From: Meiothermus sp.
GTDB taxonomy: Bacteria > Deinococcota > Deinococci > Deinococcales > Thermaceae
Reading direction: 5' to 3'
Length of the DNA: 64,000 nt
NCBI GenBank assembly: GCA_033762915.1
Contig: JANRLD010000078.1
Coordinates: forward strand, 1 to 64,000
Of this stretch, positions 40,668-50,165 are shown piece after piece. How positions within the stretch are numbered: position 1 is the first letter of the stretch; every line of letters begins with the position of its first letter. The notes below the pieces were generated by a model. It was not told the origin of the DNA, searched no databases, and saw only the letters and a list, made by a program, of their open reading frames with translations. The position numbers and the translations under genes were made by a program.

Positions 40668-41666
40668 GTGAAAAAGATCTTGAACAAGCCTGAAGAGTTC
40701 GTTAAGGACATGCTCGAGGGCCTCTACACCGCCCACCCCGATCAGGTGACGCACGTCGGCAGCGACCTGCACTGCCTGGTGCGTGCCGACTCCCCCGTGC
40801 AGGGCAAAGTGGCGCTGGCGACCGGTGGCGGGTCGGGCCACCTGCCGGTCTTCCTGGGCTACGTAGGCCGGGGGATGCTCGACGGATGCGCCATCGGCGA
40901 CGTGTTCCAGAGCCCCAGTGCCGATCAGATGCTCGAGGTCACCAAGCGCATCAACGGCGGCAAGGGCGTGGTCTACATCTACGGCAATTACGGCGGCGAC
41001 ATCATGAACTTCGACATGGCGACCGAGATGGCCTCGATGGACGACATCGAGGTACGCACCGTCTTGGTCAAGGACGACGTGGCCAGCGCCACCGCCGACC
41101 GCGCCGACACCCGCCGCGGGGTGGCCGGGATGGTCTTCGCCTTCAAGACAGCAGGTGCCAAGGCCGACCAGGGCGGCTCGCTGGACGAGGTGGAGGCCGT
41201 TGCCAAGAAGACCCTCGCCAACACCCGCACCATGGGGGTTGCGCTGGGGCCGTGCATCCTGCCCGCCGTGGGCAAGCCGGGCTTCGAGATCGGCGAGGGT
41301 GAGATGGAGCTGGGCATGGGCATTCACGGCGAGCCGGGGGTGAAGCGCGGCAAGCTCGAGAGCGCCGACCACATCGCCGAAGCCATCCTGAGCACCATTA
41401 CCGCCGACCTGCCGCTGTCCCCCGGCGACAAGGTCGCGGTGATGGTCAACGGGCTGGGGGCCACGCCGCTCGAGGAGCTATACATCCTCTATCGCCGCGT
41501 CCACGCGATTCTCAAAGACAAAGGCGTTTCGGTGCATCGCCCGTTCATCGGCGAGTTCGCAACCAGCATGGAGATGCCCGGCGCGAGCATCACCATCCTC
41601 AAACTCGACGACGAGCTGACCAGCCTCCTCGATCACCCCGCGCACACGCCGTTTTTTAGGGTCTGA
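40668..41666 (+). CDS. dhaK: Dihydroxyacetone kinase subunit K family
   Basis: AGGAGG before GTG, KKILN, GGGSGH.P, NYGGD.MNF, RRGVAG, GMGIHGEPG. Confidence 0.88.
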   Translation: MKKILNKPEEFVKDMLEGLYTAHPDQVTHVGSDLHCLVRADSPVQGKVALATGGGSGHLPVFLGYVGRGMLDGCAIGDVFQSPSADQMLEVTKRINGGKGVVYIYGNYGGDIMNFDMATEMASMDDIEVRTVLVKDDVASATADRADTRRGVAGMVFAFKTAGAKADQGGSLDEVEAVAKKTLANTRTMGVALGPCILPAVGKPGFEIGEGEMELGMGIHGEPGVKRGKLESADHIAEAILSTITADLPLSPGDKVAVMVNGLGATPLEELYILYRRVHAILKDKGVSVHRPFIGEFATSMEMPGASITILKLDDELTSLLDHPAHTPFFRV

Positions 41667-41826
41667 AGTTGTCAGGAGCGGTATGTGCCCGCCCTACCGC
41701 CGCGCCCAGGTTACTTCGGTGGGCGCCCGGCCCGAAAGTCTCCCGTCCACGGCTGGGTGCGGTCCCCCACCGGGGCCACTGGGTTCCCGGACAAATAAAA
41801 GCGGACGAGTTCTAAGCATAAAGACC

Positions 41827-42480
41827 ATGAACATCACCGGCAACCTAATCGTAGGGGCGCTGAACCGCGCCGCAAACCGCCTCGTCGCCATGCGCGACCA
41901 GCTCAACACCCTGGACGCCGCGATGGGCGACGGCGACTCAGGGCTCACGGCAGAGAAAGGGGCGACAGGGCTCTTGGAGTACCTGACCACCAACCCTCCA
42001 TCGGCAGACCTCGGCAAGTGGCTCGCCCAGGCCGGCATGGCCTACAACAAGGCCGCACCCTCCACCATGGGCGCATTGGTGGCGACCGCCTTCATGCGGG
42101 CGGGCAAGGAGGTGATGGGCAAGCCTGATCTGGCTGCCGAAGACCTCGCCAAGATGTTCCTGGCCGCCAGCCTGGGCATTCAGGAGCGAGGCAAGGCCAA
42201 GCCCGGCGACAAGACCATCGTCGACGCGATGCACCCGGCGGCTGAGGCGTTCGGCGCAGCCGTAGCGGCAGGCGATTCGCTCGAGGCCGCCGGCGCGAAG
42301 GCCCTCGAGGCCGCGAGGCGGGGCCGCGACGCCGCCATCCCCCTGCGCTCGATGATGGGCCGTGCCAACTGGGTCGGAGAACGCACCGAGGGCCGTCCCG
42401 ACCCCGGCACGGTCTTGTTCGTGGGGGCGCTCGAGGCGGTTATGGGCGCCGAGGCCAGCGAGCCCGGATCCACAATGTAA
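41827..42480 (+). CDS. dhaL: Dihydroxyacetone kinase subunit L family
   Basis: [31 protein letters not shown]. Confidence 0.88.
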   Translation: MNITGNLIVGALNRAANRLVAMRDQLNTLDAAMGDGDSGLTAEKGATGLLEYLTTNPPSADLGKWLAQAGMAYNKAAPSTMGALVATAFMRAGKEVMGKPDLAAEDLAKMFLAASLGIQERGKAKPGDKTIVDAMHPAAEAFGAAVAAGDSLEAAGAKALEAARRGRDAAIPLRSMMGRANWVGERTEGRPDPGTVLFVGALEAVMGAEASEPGSTM

Positions 42481-42577
42481 GCGCCAAGAAAGAGTAGCGA
42501 GCAAAGAGGGGGCAAGATCAAAAGCCTTTGACTTCTCTTCCCCTCTCTCCTCTTTCCTCTGACTTTTTGGGGGTTTA

Positions 42578-44089
42578 ATGTCTCGACACTTCATCGGCGT
42601 AGACGGCGGCACCGAGAGCCTGCGGGCGGGCGTGTTCAACGAGCGGGGGAACCCGCTGGCGTTCGCAGCGACGGCCTACAAGACCGAGTTTCCCCAGCCC
42701 GCGAGGGCAGAGCAGAACCCCGCCGACTGGTGGCGGGCGCTGGGCGAGAGCGTGCGAAAGGCCGTGGCGGAGGCGGGGGTGTCGCCGTCGAGCATCGCGG
42801 CAATCTGCCTGGACACGACCTGCTGCAGCGTGGTGGCGCTCGACGCCAAGGGCGACCCGGTGCGGCCGGCGCTGATCTGGATGGACGTGCGCAGCGGCGA
42901 GCAAGCCCGGCGGATTGCCAACTCTGGCGACCCGGCGCTGCGGGTGAACGGCTACGGCCCGGTGAGCGCGGAATGGATGGCCCCCAAGGCACTGTGGATG
43001 AAGGAGCACGAGCCTGAAAACTTCGGGGCCGCGACCTACGTCTGCGAGTACCAGGACTACCTGAACCACAAGCTCACCGGGCGGATGGTGGGGAGCCTCA
43101 ACAACGCCTCGATCCGCTGGCACTACGACAACAGCCGGGGCGGCCTCCAGGCGTCGCTGTTCGAGAAGGTCGGGCTGGGTGAGGTGCTCGAGAAGTTCCC
43201 CAGGGAAATCCTGGCGATGGGGGAGGTGATCGGCCCGCTGACGCCGGAGGCCGCCGCACATCTGGGCCTGCCGCAGTCCACGCCGGTGATCCAGGGGGGC
43301 GCCGACGCCTTCGTGGCGATGGTGGGGCTGGCGGTGGTGCGGCCCGGACGGCTGGCCTTTATCACCGGCTCGAGCCACCTCCACCTGGGTCTCTCCGATA
43401 GGCCCCTGCACGCCAGGGGCATCTGGGGCACCTACCCCGACGCAGTGGTAAAAGGGCTCTACACCGTCGAGGGCGGCCAGACCAGCACTGGCAGCGTGAT
43501 CGCCTGGCTGCGCCGCCTGATGGGCGAACCCGACTACGCCACGCTCAACGAGCGGGCCGCCAAGCTCCCGCCGGGGGCTCAGGGGCTGGTGGTGCTCGAG
43601 CACTTCCAGGGCAACCGCACCCCCCACACCGACCCCGACAGCCGGGGCGTGATCTCCGGTCTGACGCTCGGCCACGGCCCGGAGCACCTCTTCCGCGCCG
43701 TCATCGAGGGCGTCGCCTACGGCACCGAGGACATCTTCGCCGCCATGCGCCGGGCCGGGTACGCGCCGCAAGAGTTCGTCCTCTGCGGCGGCGCGACCCG
43801 TAGCGAACTCTGGATGCAGATCCACGCCGACGTGAGCGGCGTCCCGCTCCGTCTGACCCGAGTCCCCGACGCCGCCGCCCTGGGCAGCGCGATCCTGGCA
43901 GCGGTGGGGGTGGGCGCCTACAGCTCGATCGCCGAGGCCTGCGAACACATGGTCGAGTTCACTCGAGTCGTCGAGCCCGACCCGCACAAGCACGAGGCGT
44001 ACAAGCCACTGCTGGAGGCCTACCGCTCGACCTACGCTAGCCTGAAAGACACGCTGCACAAGCAGGCGGAACTGGCGAGACAGGCCTAG
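42578..44089 (+). CDS. FGGY-family carbohydrate kinase (ribulokinase-like)
   Basis: [42 protein letters not shown]. Confidence 0.9.
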   Translation: MSRHFIGVDGGTESLRAGVFNERGNPLAFAATAYKTEFPQPARAEQNPADWWRALGESVRKAVAEAGVSPSSIAAICLDTTCCSVVALDAKGDPVRPALIWMDVRSGEQARRIANSGDPALRVNGYGPVSAEWMAPKALWMKEHEPENFGAATYVCEYQDYLNHKLTGRMVGSLNNASIRWHYDNSRGGLQASLFEKVGLGEVLEKFPREILAMGEVIGPLTPEAAAHLGLPQSTPVIQGGADAFVAMVGLAVVRPGRLAFITGSSHLHLGLSDRPLHARGIWGTYPDAVVKGLYTVEGGQTSTGSVIAWLRRLMGEPDYATLNERAAKLPPGAQGLVVLEHFQGNRTPHTDPDSRGVISGLTLGHGPEHLFRAVIEGVAYGTEDIFAAMRRAGYAPQEFVLCGGATRSELWMQIHADVSGVPLRLTRVPDAAALGSAILAAVGVGAYSSIAEACEHMVEFTRVVEPDPHKHEAYKPLLEAYRSTYASLKDTLHKQAELARQA

Positions 44090-44180
44090 GGCGTGGGGTG
44101 AAGGAATAGGCAAAGTCAAAACCCACAGGCCTGCTTGTACCCTTTACCTCTCCCCTAAACCCGTCCGCGAAGGAGACCCC

Positions 44181-45263
44181 ATGGAATACCGCAGACTCGG
44201 CAACTCGGGACTCATCGTCAGCGCCCTGTCGCTGGGCACCATGCAGTTCGGCAAGGCCATGAACATGGGCCAACTCGACCAGAAGGCCACCAACAGCATG
44301 GTCAAGTTCGCCCTCGAGCGGGGCGTGAACTTCATCGACACCGCCGACGTCTACTCCGGCGGCGAGTCGGAGACCCTGCTGGGCAATGCGCTCAAGGGCG
44401 TGCGCGAAGAGATCGTGCTGGCGACCAAGTGTCGCCTGCCTATGAGCGATAATTTCAACCGCTCGGGGGCCACCCGGGTCAACATCCTGCGCGGCGTGGA
44501 GTCGAGTCTCAAGCGGCTCCAGACCGACTACCTCGACCTCTACCAGGTCCACGGCTGGGACTCCAACACGCCGCTGGAAGAAACCCTGACCACGCTCAAC
44601 GACCTGGTGCGCCGGGGCATGGTGCGGCACATCGGCTTCTCCAACTACCTCGGCTGGCAGGGCGCAACCGCCATCATGATGCAGAAGCAGATGGGCCTCG
44701 AGCCCTTCGTCACTGCGCAGATGTACTACTCCCTGGTGGGGCGCGAGCTCGAGTACGATTTTGTGTCCTTCGCGCAGCATCACAACATCGGCATTCTGGT
44801 CTGGAGCGCCCTGGCGGGCGGCTTCTTGAGTGGCAAGTATGCCGAGCCGGGCAAGGCCGGCAAGGGCACGCGCTTCGGCGAAGCCGGGCAGTTCGTGCCC
44901 TTCGACTGGAAGCGGAGCCGGCCAGTGCTGAAGGCGCTGCGCAAGGTGGCCGAGCGCCACGGCGTGAGCATGGCCAGGGCCGCCTACGCCTGGACAGTGC
45001 GCCAGCCAGGCGTCAGCAGCGTGATCGTGGCCGCCCGCAGGAACGAGCAGCTCGACGATAACCTCGAGGCCATCAACCTCAGGCTCACCGACGCCGACCT
45101 GAGGCTGCTCGACCGGGCCAGCCACCCTGGAACCCCCTACCCCAAGTGGATGGTCCTGCAGCTCGACCAGGCCGAAGACCCGCGCCCCAAGGTGCTCGAG
45201 CCCGAGCGCTTCAGTGACGGCGGGCCGTGGGAGGACTTGCGGTTCAGGAAGAAGTCCCGCTGA
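44181..45263 (+). CDS. Aldo/keto reductase
   Basis: LGTMQFG, DTADVY, ATK, DLYQVH, WSALAGGFLSGKY. Confidence 0.93.
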   Translation: MEYRRLGNSGLIVSALSLGTMQFGKAMNMGQLDQKATNSMVKFALERGVNFIDTADVYSGGESETLLGNALKGVREEIVLATKCRLPMSDNFNRSGATRVNILRGVESSLKRLQTDYLDLYQVHGWDSNTPLEETLTTLNDLVRRGMVRHIGFSNYLGWQGATAIMMQKQMGLEPFVTAQMYYSLVGRELEYDFVSFAQHHNIGILVWSALAGGFLSGKYAEPGKAGKGTRFGEAGQFVPFDWKRSRPVLKALRKVAERHGVSMARAAYAWTVRQPGVSSVIVAARRNEQLDDNLEAINLRLTDADLRLLDRASHPGTPYPKWMVLQLDQAEDPRPKVLEPERFSDGGPWEDLRFRKKSR

Positions 45264-45286
45264 AACAAGCGGCCAACAGAGGGCAC

Positions 45287-45736
45287 ATGACCAACGGCGC
45301 AGCGGGCGCATCCCTCTAGGGCACTTGGGAGATCGTGTCCTTCACGGCGCAGTGGCCCGACGGGCGTGTGACCGAGCCGTTCGGGGGGCGCCCAGTCGGG
45401 CGCATCATCTATGAGGCCGACGGCCGCGTGACCGCCCTGCTGATGCACGAGCGGCGGAACGAGGCGGATGGACACCGCAGCCCGCCGGAGGTGCAGGCCG
45501 GGTTCACTGCGTACTTCGGCACCTATCGCACGGACGAAGAGCGAAGCATAGTCACCCACAGCGTGACTGCCTCCCTGAGCGCCGCCCGCGCCTCGGGCGA
45601 GTTCCAGCGCCACTACAAGATCCACGGGGACACCCTGACGCTGACCTTCACCAGGGAGCAAGGCGGCCTGCCGGTCACAAACAGCCTGGTCTGGAGGCGC
45701 GTCTCGAGCCCGGATCGCCAGCGCACGGCAGGGTAG
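45287..45736 (+). pseudogene. Lipocalin-like domain gene interrupted by an in-frame TAG at codon 11
   Basis: ATG at 45287 after AGAGGG reads MTNGAAGASL*GTWEIVSF..., followed by G.IIY.ADG, AYFGTY and LVWRR motifs. Confidence 0.65.
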
Positions 45737-45900
45737 ACGAACCTGGGGCCAAACGCGTGCGGATGGGTGGGACCGCAGCAGAACGGGTCATTCCCCACAG
45801 AGTTTCTCAGCAACGTCGGGTAGTTTTAGGCTAACCTTCGGGTGCAGATAACAGGCAAGCCAGACCTTGTGGCACCAGAGCTATACCTTTTTCGTGGCGA

Positions 45901-45914
45901 TGCAAACGATTGCA
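45901..45914. promoter_or_regulatory. LacI-family-type operator 2
   Basis: TGCAAACGATTGCA, 11 nt before the E1-alpha GTG. Confidence 0.7.
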
Positions 45915-45925
45915 GAGGTGACCCT

Positions 45926-46957
45926 GTGAGTGAAATCATCCCTGAAGCCCGGCGACTCGAGTTGCTCCGCACCATGCTGCGCATCCGCGCCTTCGAGGAG
46001 AAGGTGGGCGAGCTGTTCCTAAAAGGCGGGACGGCGGGCTCGATGCTACACCTTTCCATTGGCGAGGAGGGCGCGGCGGCGGGCGTGGCCCTGGCCATGA
46101 AGCCCGGCGACACCTTCACCACCCACCACCGGGGGCACGGCATCTTCGTGGCGCGGGGCGGCGACGTGAACCGCATGATGGCCGAGATCGCGGGCAAGAT
46201 CACCGGCTACTGCCGGGGCAAGGGCGGCTCGATGCACATCGCCGACATGAGCCTGGGACATCTGGGGGCCAACGCGATAGTGGGCGGGGGGATTCCGGCG
46301 GTGGTGGGGGCGGGGCTATCCAGCAAAACCCTGAGCCAGGGTTCAGTTAGCGTGGCCTTCTTTGGCGACGGGGCCATGCAACAGGGCATCTGCTTCGAGA
46401 GCATGAACCTGGCCGCCTTGTGGAAGCTGCCAGTGGTCTTCGCGGTCATCAACAACCAGTACGGCATGGGGACACGCATCGACCGGGCCAGCGCCACCCT
46501 GGACTTCGCGGGCCGGGCCAGGGGCTTCGGGCTCACTGCCCTCGAGGTGGATGCCACCCAGCCCGAGCAGGTCTTGGCGGCAGCGCAAGAACTGATCGAG
46601 CACGCCAGGGCGGGCCGGGGCGCGGGTTTCATCGTCGCCAACTGCTACCGCTTCTACGGCCACGCGCGCAAGGACAAGTCCCCCTATCGGGACGAGGCGG
46701 AGGAGCTCGAAGGCCGCAAGCGCGACCCCATCCTCAACCATAAGGATGCGCTGGTCGCCGCGGGGCTGCTGAGCGAGGCCGGGTTCGAGGAGATGAACGG
46801 GGCCGCCAACCTCGAGATGGACGAGGCCGTGGCCTTCGCGCAAACCTCGGAGCTGCCGGGGCTGGAGACCATGTTCGAGGACGTGTTTGACCCCTCCATC
46901 CCCAGGCCGGTTAGCGTGGACGAGCGGCTGGATAGGGTGCTAGGGGGTGGGGCGTGA
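45926..46957 (+). CDS. TPP-dependent dehydrogenase E1 alpha (AcoA/PdhA-like)
   Basis: HLSIGEE, HRGHG, GKGGSMH, TPP motif GDGA...NN, YRFYGH. Confidence 0.9.
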   Translation: MSEIIPEARRLELLRTMLRIRAFEEKVGELFLKGGTAGSMLHLSIGEEGAAAGVALAMKPGDTFTTHHRGHGIFVARGGDVNRMMAEIAGKITGYCRGKGGSMHIADMSLGHLGANAIVGGGIPAVVGAGLSSKTLSQGSVSVAFFGDGAMQQGICFESMNLAALWKLPVVFAVINNQYGMGTRIDRASATLDFAGRARGFGLTALEVDATQPEQVLAAAQELIEHARAGRGAGFIVANCYRFYGHARKDKSPYRDEAEELEGRKRDPILNHKDALVAAGLLSEAGFEEMNGAANLEMDEAVAFAQTSELPGLETMFEDVFDPSIPRPVSVDERLDRVLGGGA

Positions 46958-47009
46958 GAGGATGGTCAAAGGTCGTACGTCGTACGTCGTACGCCAAGGT
47001 CAACGGATT

Positions 47010-47290
47010 AACCCCCCCACGGTCTGCGGAGTGGCACGGCGCAGACCGCGCAAGTTTGCGGCTCGCCTCCCCTGATGTTCGCGGCAGACTGGTTATCCAA
47101 CTGCCCTGCACCCGCCCATTGCCCAAGGGGGGTCAAGAAAGGCCGAGCCTCGCCCAGACGTGCCCCCCCTTGAGCGGCCAAGCTGCGGCTCGAGAACTGA
47201 GCACTCAAACTACTACAACCCTCAGGGGGAGACGCAAGGCGCAGAGCAAGATAAAGAACTATCGCAACCCCCACAACTCGAGGGGGGGTT
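47010..47290. repeat. Repeat family D elements, probably two in tandem, inside the E1a-E1b spacer
   Basis: C-run ... G-run bounded units (47010-47134, 47162-47290); CAACTCGAGGGGGGGTT is shared with 36288-36304. Confidence 0.45.
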
Positions 47291-47351
47291 CGCCTTTGAC
47301 GTTCGCCCCTCCCGCCCTCCCCCACTCCCCCTCTCCCCTAAAAGGTGCCCG

Positions 47352-48368
47352 ATGACCTCCCCCCTCCCCACCCCCAGCCCCGTCCCATTCGGCCAGGAGA
47401 TTGAGTTCCGCGCCGCCCTGCGCGAGGCCATCCGGCAGGAGATGCGGGCTAACCCCAGCGTGGTCCTGATCGGCGAAGAGGTGGCGCGGTACGGCGGCGC
47501 GTATGCAGTCTCCAAGGGGCTTTTGGAGGAGTTCGGCGAGGCTCGAGTGCTCGACACCCCCATCAGCGAGGCGGCCATCGTCGGCACCGCCGTGGGTGCG
47601 GCCATGACCGGGCTAAAACCCATCGCCGAGTTGATGTACGTGGACTTCGCCTACCTGGCGATGGATCAGATCGCCAACCAGGCCGCCAAGATCCGCTACA
47701 TGTTCGGCGGGCAGATCGGGGTACCGATGGTGCTGCGGGCCCCCATGGGCACCGGGCGCAGCGGCGGGGCGCAGCACAGCCAGAGCCTCGAGGCTCTCTT
47801 CTGGCACACCCCCGGCCTGCGCATCGCCATCCCCGCCACCGTCACCGACTGCTACTTCCTGCTGCGCGAGGCCATCAACTCGCCCGACCCAGTGGTCTTT
47901 CTGGAGCACAAGGCCCTCTACGTCAGCAAAGGCGTCCTCGAGCCCGACGCCCCCCCGATGGGCGTGGCAGTGACGCGGCGCAAGGGCCAGCACCTCACCA
48001 TCGTCACCTACTCCAGACAGCTCTTCTACTGCCTCCAGGCCGCCGAAGAGCTGGCCAAGGAGGGCATCGAAGCTGAGGTGATTGACCTCCGCACCCTCAA
48101 CCCGCTCGACCTAGAGACCCTGGCCCAGTCGGTCAGGCGGACGGGCCGCGCCCTGATCGTCACCGAGGACACCCTGACGGCGGGGGTCAGCGCCGAGCTG
48201 TCGGCGCTGATTCAGGAGGAGTGCTTCGACTACCTCGAGGAGCCTGTCCTGCGTCTATGCGCCGAGGACATCCCAATTCCGGTCTCGCCGCCCCTCGAGG
48301 CGGGCAGCGTGCCCAGCCCGGCCCGCATCGCCCAGACCGCCCGAAGACTCGTACGGAGGGCGCGGTGA
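47352..48368 (+). CDS. TPP-dependent dehydrogenase E1 beta
   Basis: DTPISE, DQIANQAAK, AQHSQS, FLEHK, IDLRTL.P. Confidence 0.92.
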   Translation: MTSPLPTPSPVPFGQEIEFRAALREAIRQEMRANPSVVLIGEEVARYGGAYAVSKGLLEEFGEARVLDTPISEAAIVGTAVGAAMTGLKPIAELMYVDFAYLAMDQIANQAAKIRYMFGGQIGVPMVLRAPMGTGRSGGAQHSQSLEALFWHTPGLRIAIPATVTDCYFLLREAINSPDPVVFLEHKALYVSKGVLEPDAPPMGVAVTRRKGQHLTIVTYSRQLFYCLQAAEELAKEGIEAEVIDLRTLNPLDLETLAQSVRRTGRALIVTEDTLTAGVSAELSALIQEECFDYLEEPVLRLCAEDIPIPVSPPLEAGSVPSPARIAQTARRLVRRAR

Positions 48369-49603
48369 GGCCGCTCGAGCTGCCCCGCATGGGCGAGACG
48401 ATGGAAGAAGGCGAGCTGATCGCCTGGGTGAAGAAGCCGGGCGAGGCGGTCAAACGCGGCGAGGTAGTGGCCGAGATCGGCACCGACAAGATTGTGGCCG
48501 AGATGCCCGCGCTCGAAGACTTCGTGCTCGAGGAGTACCTGGTTCAGCAGGGCCAGACCGTAAAGGTAGGGCAGCCGATAGCTCGGATCAGCACCGCAGG
48601 AACGGCCAACGGGGAACAGCCTCCAGCCGCAGCCGTGAAACAAGCCACTCCCGCAATTGGGACGGCGGGCCCGTCGACCCTACCGGCCCGGCAAACCGAA
48701 TCGCCGGTCTCGGCCCCAGCCCCCAACAAGCTCCGGGCTTCGCCCGCTGCCCGCCGCCTGGCGCGGCAGTTGGGTCTCGAGCTCTCCGGCCTGGTGGGCA
48801 CCGGGCCAAACGGGCGAGTTACGACAGACGACGTGCGGCGGAAGGCGGGGGATAGGGGCCGTCCACCCTCGGCCGTCAGCCATCGGCAAACCCTCGAGCC
48901 CCCGGCCTCTCCCCTCCCCACTCACCCCTCTCTCCCCTTCCACCCCTTCACCCGCATCGAGGCTGCCACTGCCAGGGCCACCCAACTTTCCAAGCAGGAA
49001 ATTCCGCACTTCTACGTGCGGGCCAGGGCCGACGTGACGGGCTTCATGCGCGGTCTGGAGGTCGAAAAGGCCAGGGGCCAACAGGTCAGCGTCAACGACC
49101 TGCTGGTGAAAGCGGTCGCGCTCGCGCTAAAGCAGCATCCCCGCCTGAACGCGGTGATCGAAGGCGAGGGCCTCCGGCTCCTCGAGAACGTCCACATCGG
49201 CGTGATGACTGCCACCGCCGAGGGTCTGGTGTCCAGCGTAGTGCGCGACGCAGACACCCTCTCACCCGCCCAGATCGGCTCGAGGGTGCGCGAGGTCAAG
49301 GCCAGGGCCGGCGCGGGCCGGGCCAGGGCCGAGGACATCGGGGGCGCAACCTTCGGCATCTCCAACCTCGGCATGTTCGGCGTAGAAGAGTTCAGCGCCA
49401 TCATCCTGCCCCCCAACGTGGCCATCCTGGCGGTGGGGGCAGTCCAGGACGAGGTGACCGCCGAGGACGGAGCCATCCGCGTGGCCAAGACCCTCCGCCT
49501 CACCGTCAGTGCCGACCACCGCGCCGTGGATGGGGTGGAGGTCGCGCTGTTCTTGCAGACCCTAAGGAAATTACTCGAGCAGCCTCACCCACTGTTCGCC
49601 TAA
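48365..49603 (+). CDS. Dihydrolipoamide acyltransferase E2
   Basis: Lipoyl domain TDKI, E3-binding ASPAARRLA...GTGPNGRV, catalytic DHRAVDG. Confidence 0.92.
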   Translation: MRPLELPRMGETMEEGELIAWVKKPGEAVKRGEVVAEIGTDKIVAEMPALEDFVLEEYLVQQGQTVKVGQPIARISTAGTANGEQPPAAAVKQATPAIGTAGPSTLPARQTESPVSAPAPNKLRASPAARRLARQLGLELSGLVGTGPNGRVTTDDVRRKAGDRGRPPSAVSHRQTLEPPASPLPTHPSLPFHPFTRIEAATARATQLSKQEIPHFYVRARADVTGFMRGLEVEKARGQQVSVNDLLVKAVALALKQHPRLNAVIEGEGLRLLENVHIGVMTATAEGLVSSVVRDADTLSPAQIGSRVREVKARAGAGRARAEDIGGATFGISNLGMFGVEEFSAIILPPNVAILAVGAVQDEVTAEDGAIRVAKTLRLTVSADHRAVDGVEVALFLQTLRKLLEQPHPLFA

Positions 49604-49676
49604 GGGTCTGCAGGGTTGGTGTGCGAGCCGCCACTCAGTCAAGCCTCTGCGTGCGGGGTATTCGTGGGAACCGCTG

Positions 49677-50033
49677 TTACTTCAGGCTCTTGAGGTAGGC
49701 CTGCAGGTCGGCCAACTGGGCGTCGGTGGGGACGCGGCTGACGGCGCTCTTCCACCCGTGGATGCTCCAACGGGGCATGACGGTGCTCAGTGGCCTGCCC
49801 TTATCGTCCACGCCGCGCAACACCGCCCGCCTGAACTGCACCGGACTCCAGTTCGCCACCTCGCCCTTGAGGGCCGGGCCGACACCGCTGATCCCAACCG
49901 CCCCGACCCCGTGACAGGTCTGGCAGTTCTCGCCGTACAGCCTGGCCCCTATGGTCACGCTGGCCGCATCTCCTATTGCCCAAGCCATCGCCGCGCCGAC
50001 CAAGGCCGCCGTCACTACCGCGTATTTGTTCAT
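49677..50033 (-). CDS. Monoheme c-type cytochrome
   Basis: Signal peptide, CQTCH, GPAL, distal MP. Confidence 0.85.
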   Translation of the reverse strand: MNKYAVVTAALVGAAMAWAIGDAASVTIGARLYGENCQTCHGVGAVGISGVGPALKGEVANWSPVQFRRAVLRGVDDKGRPLSTVMPRWSIHGWKSAVSRVPTDAQLADLQAYLKSLK

Positions 50034-50165
50034 TTGAACCCCCTCAAGCACTTCGGTTACCCCGAAGCTACAACCGCCGAGGCCCCCCTTCCAGAGTCAA
50101 ACGACCCCCACGCGTGGAACTTCCGACCCTTTTCCCCCACGCCGCCCCTCGTATACTGGGGCGTT

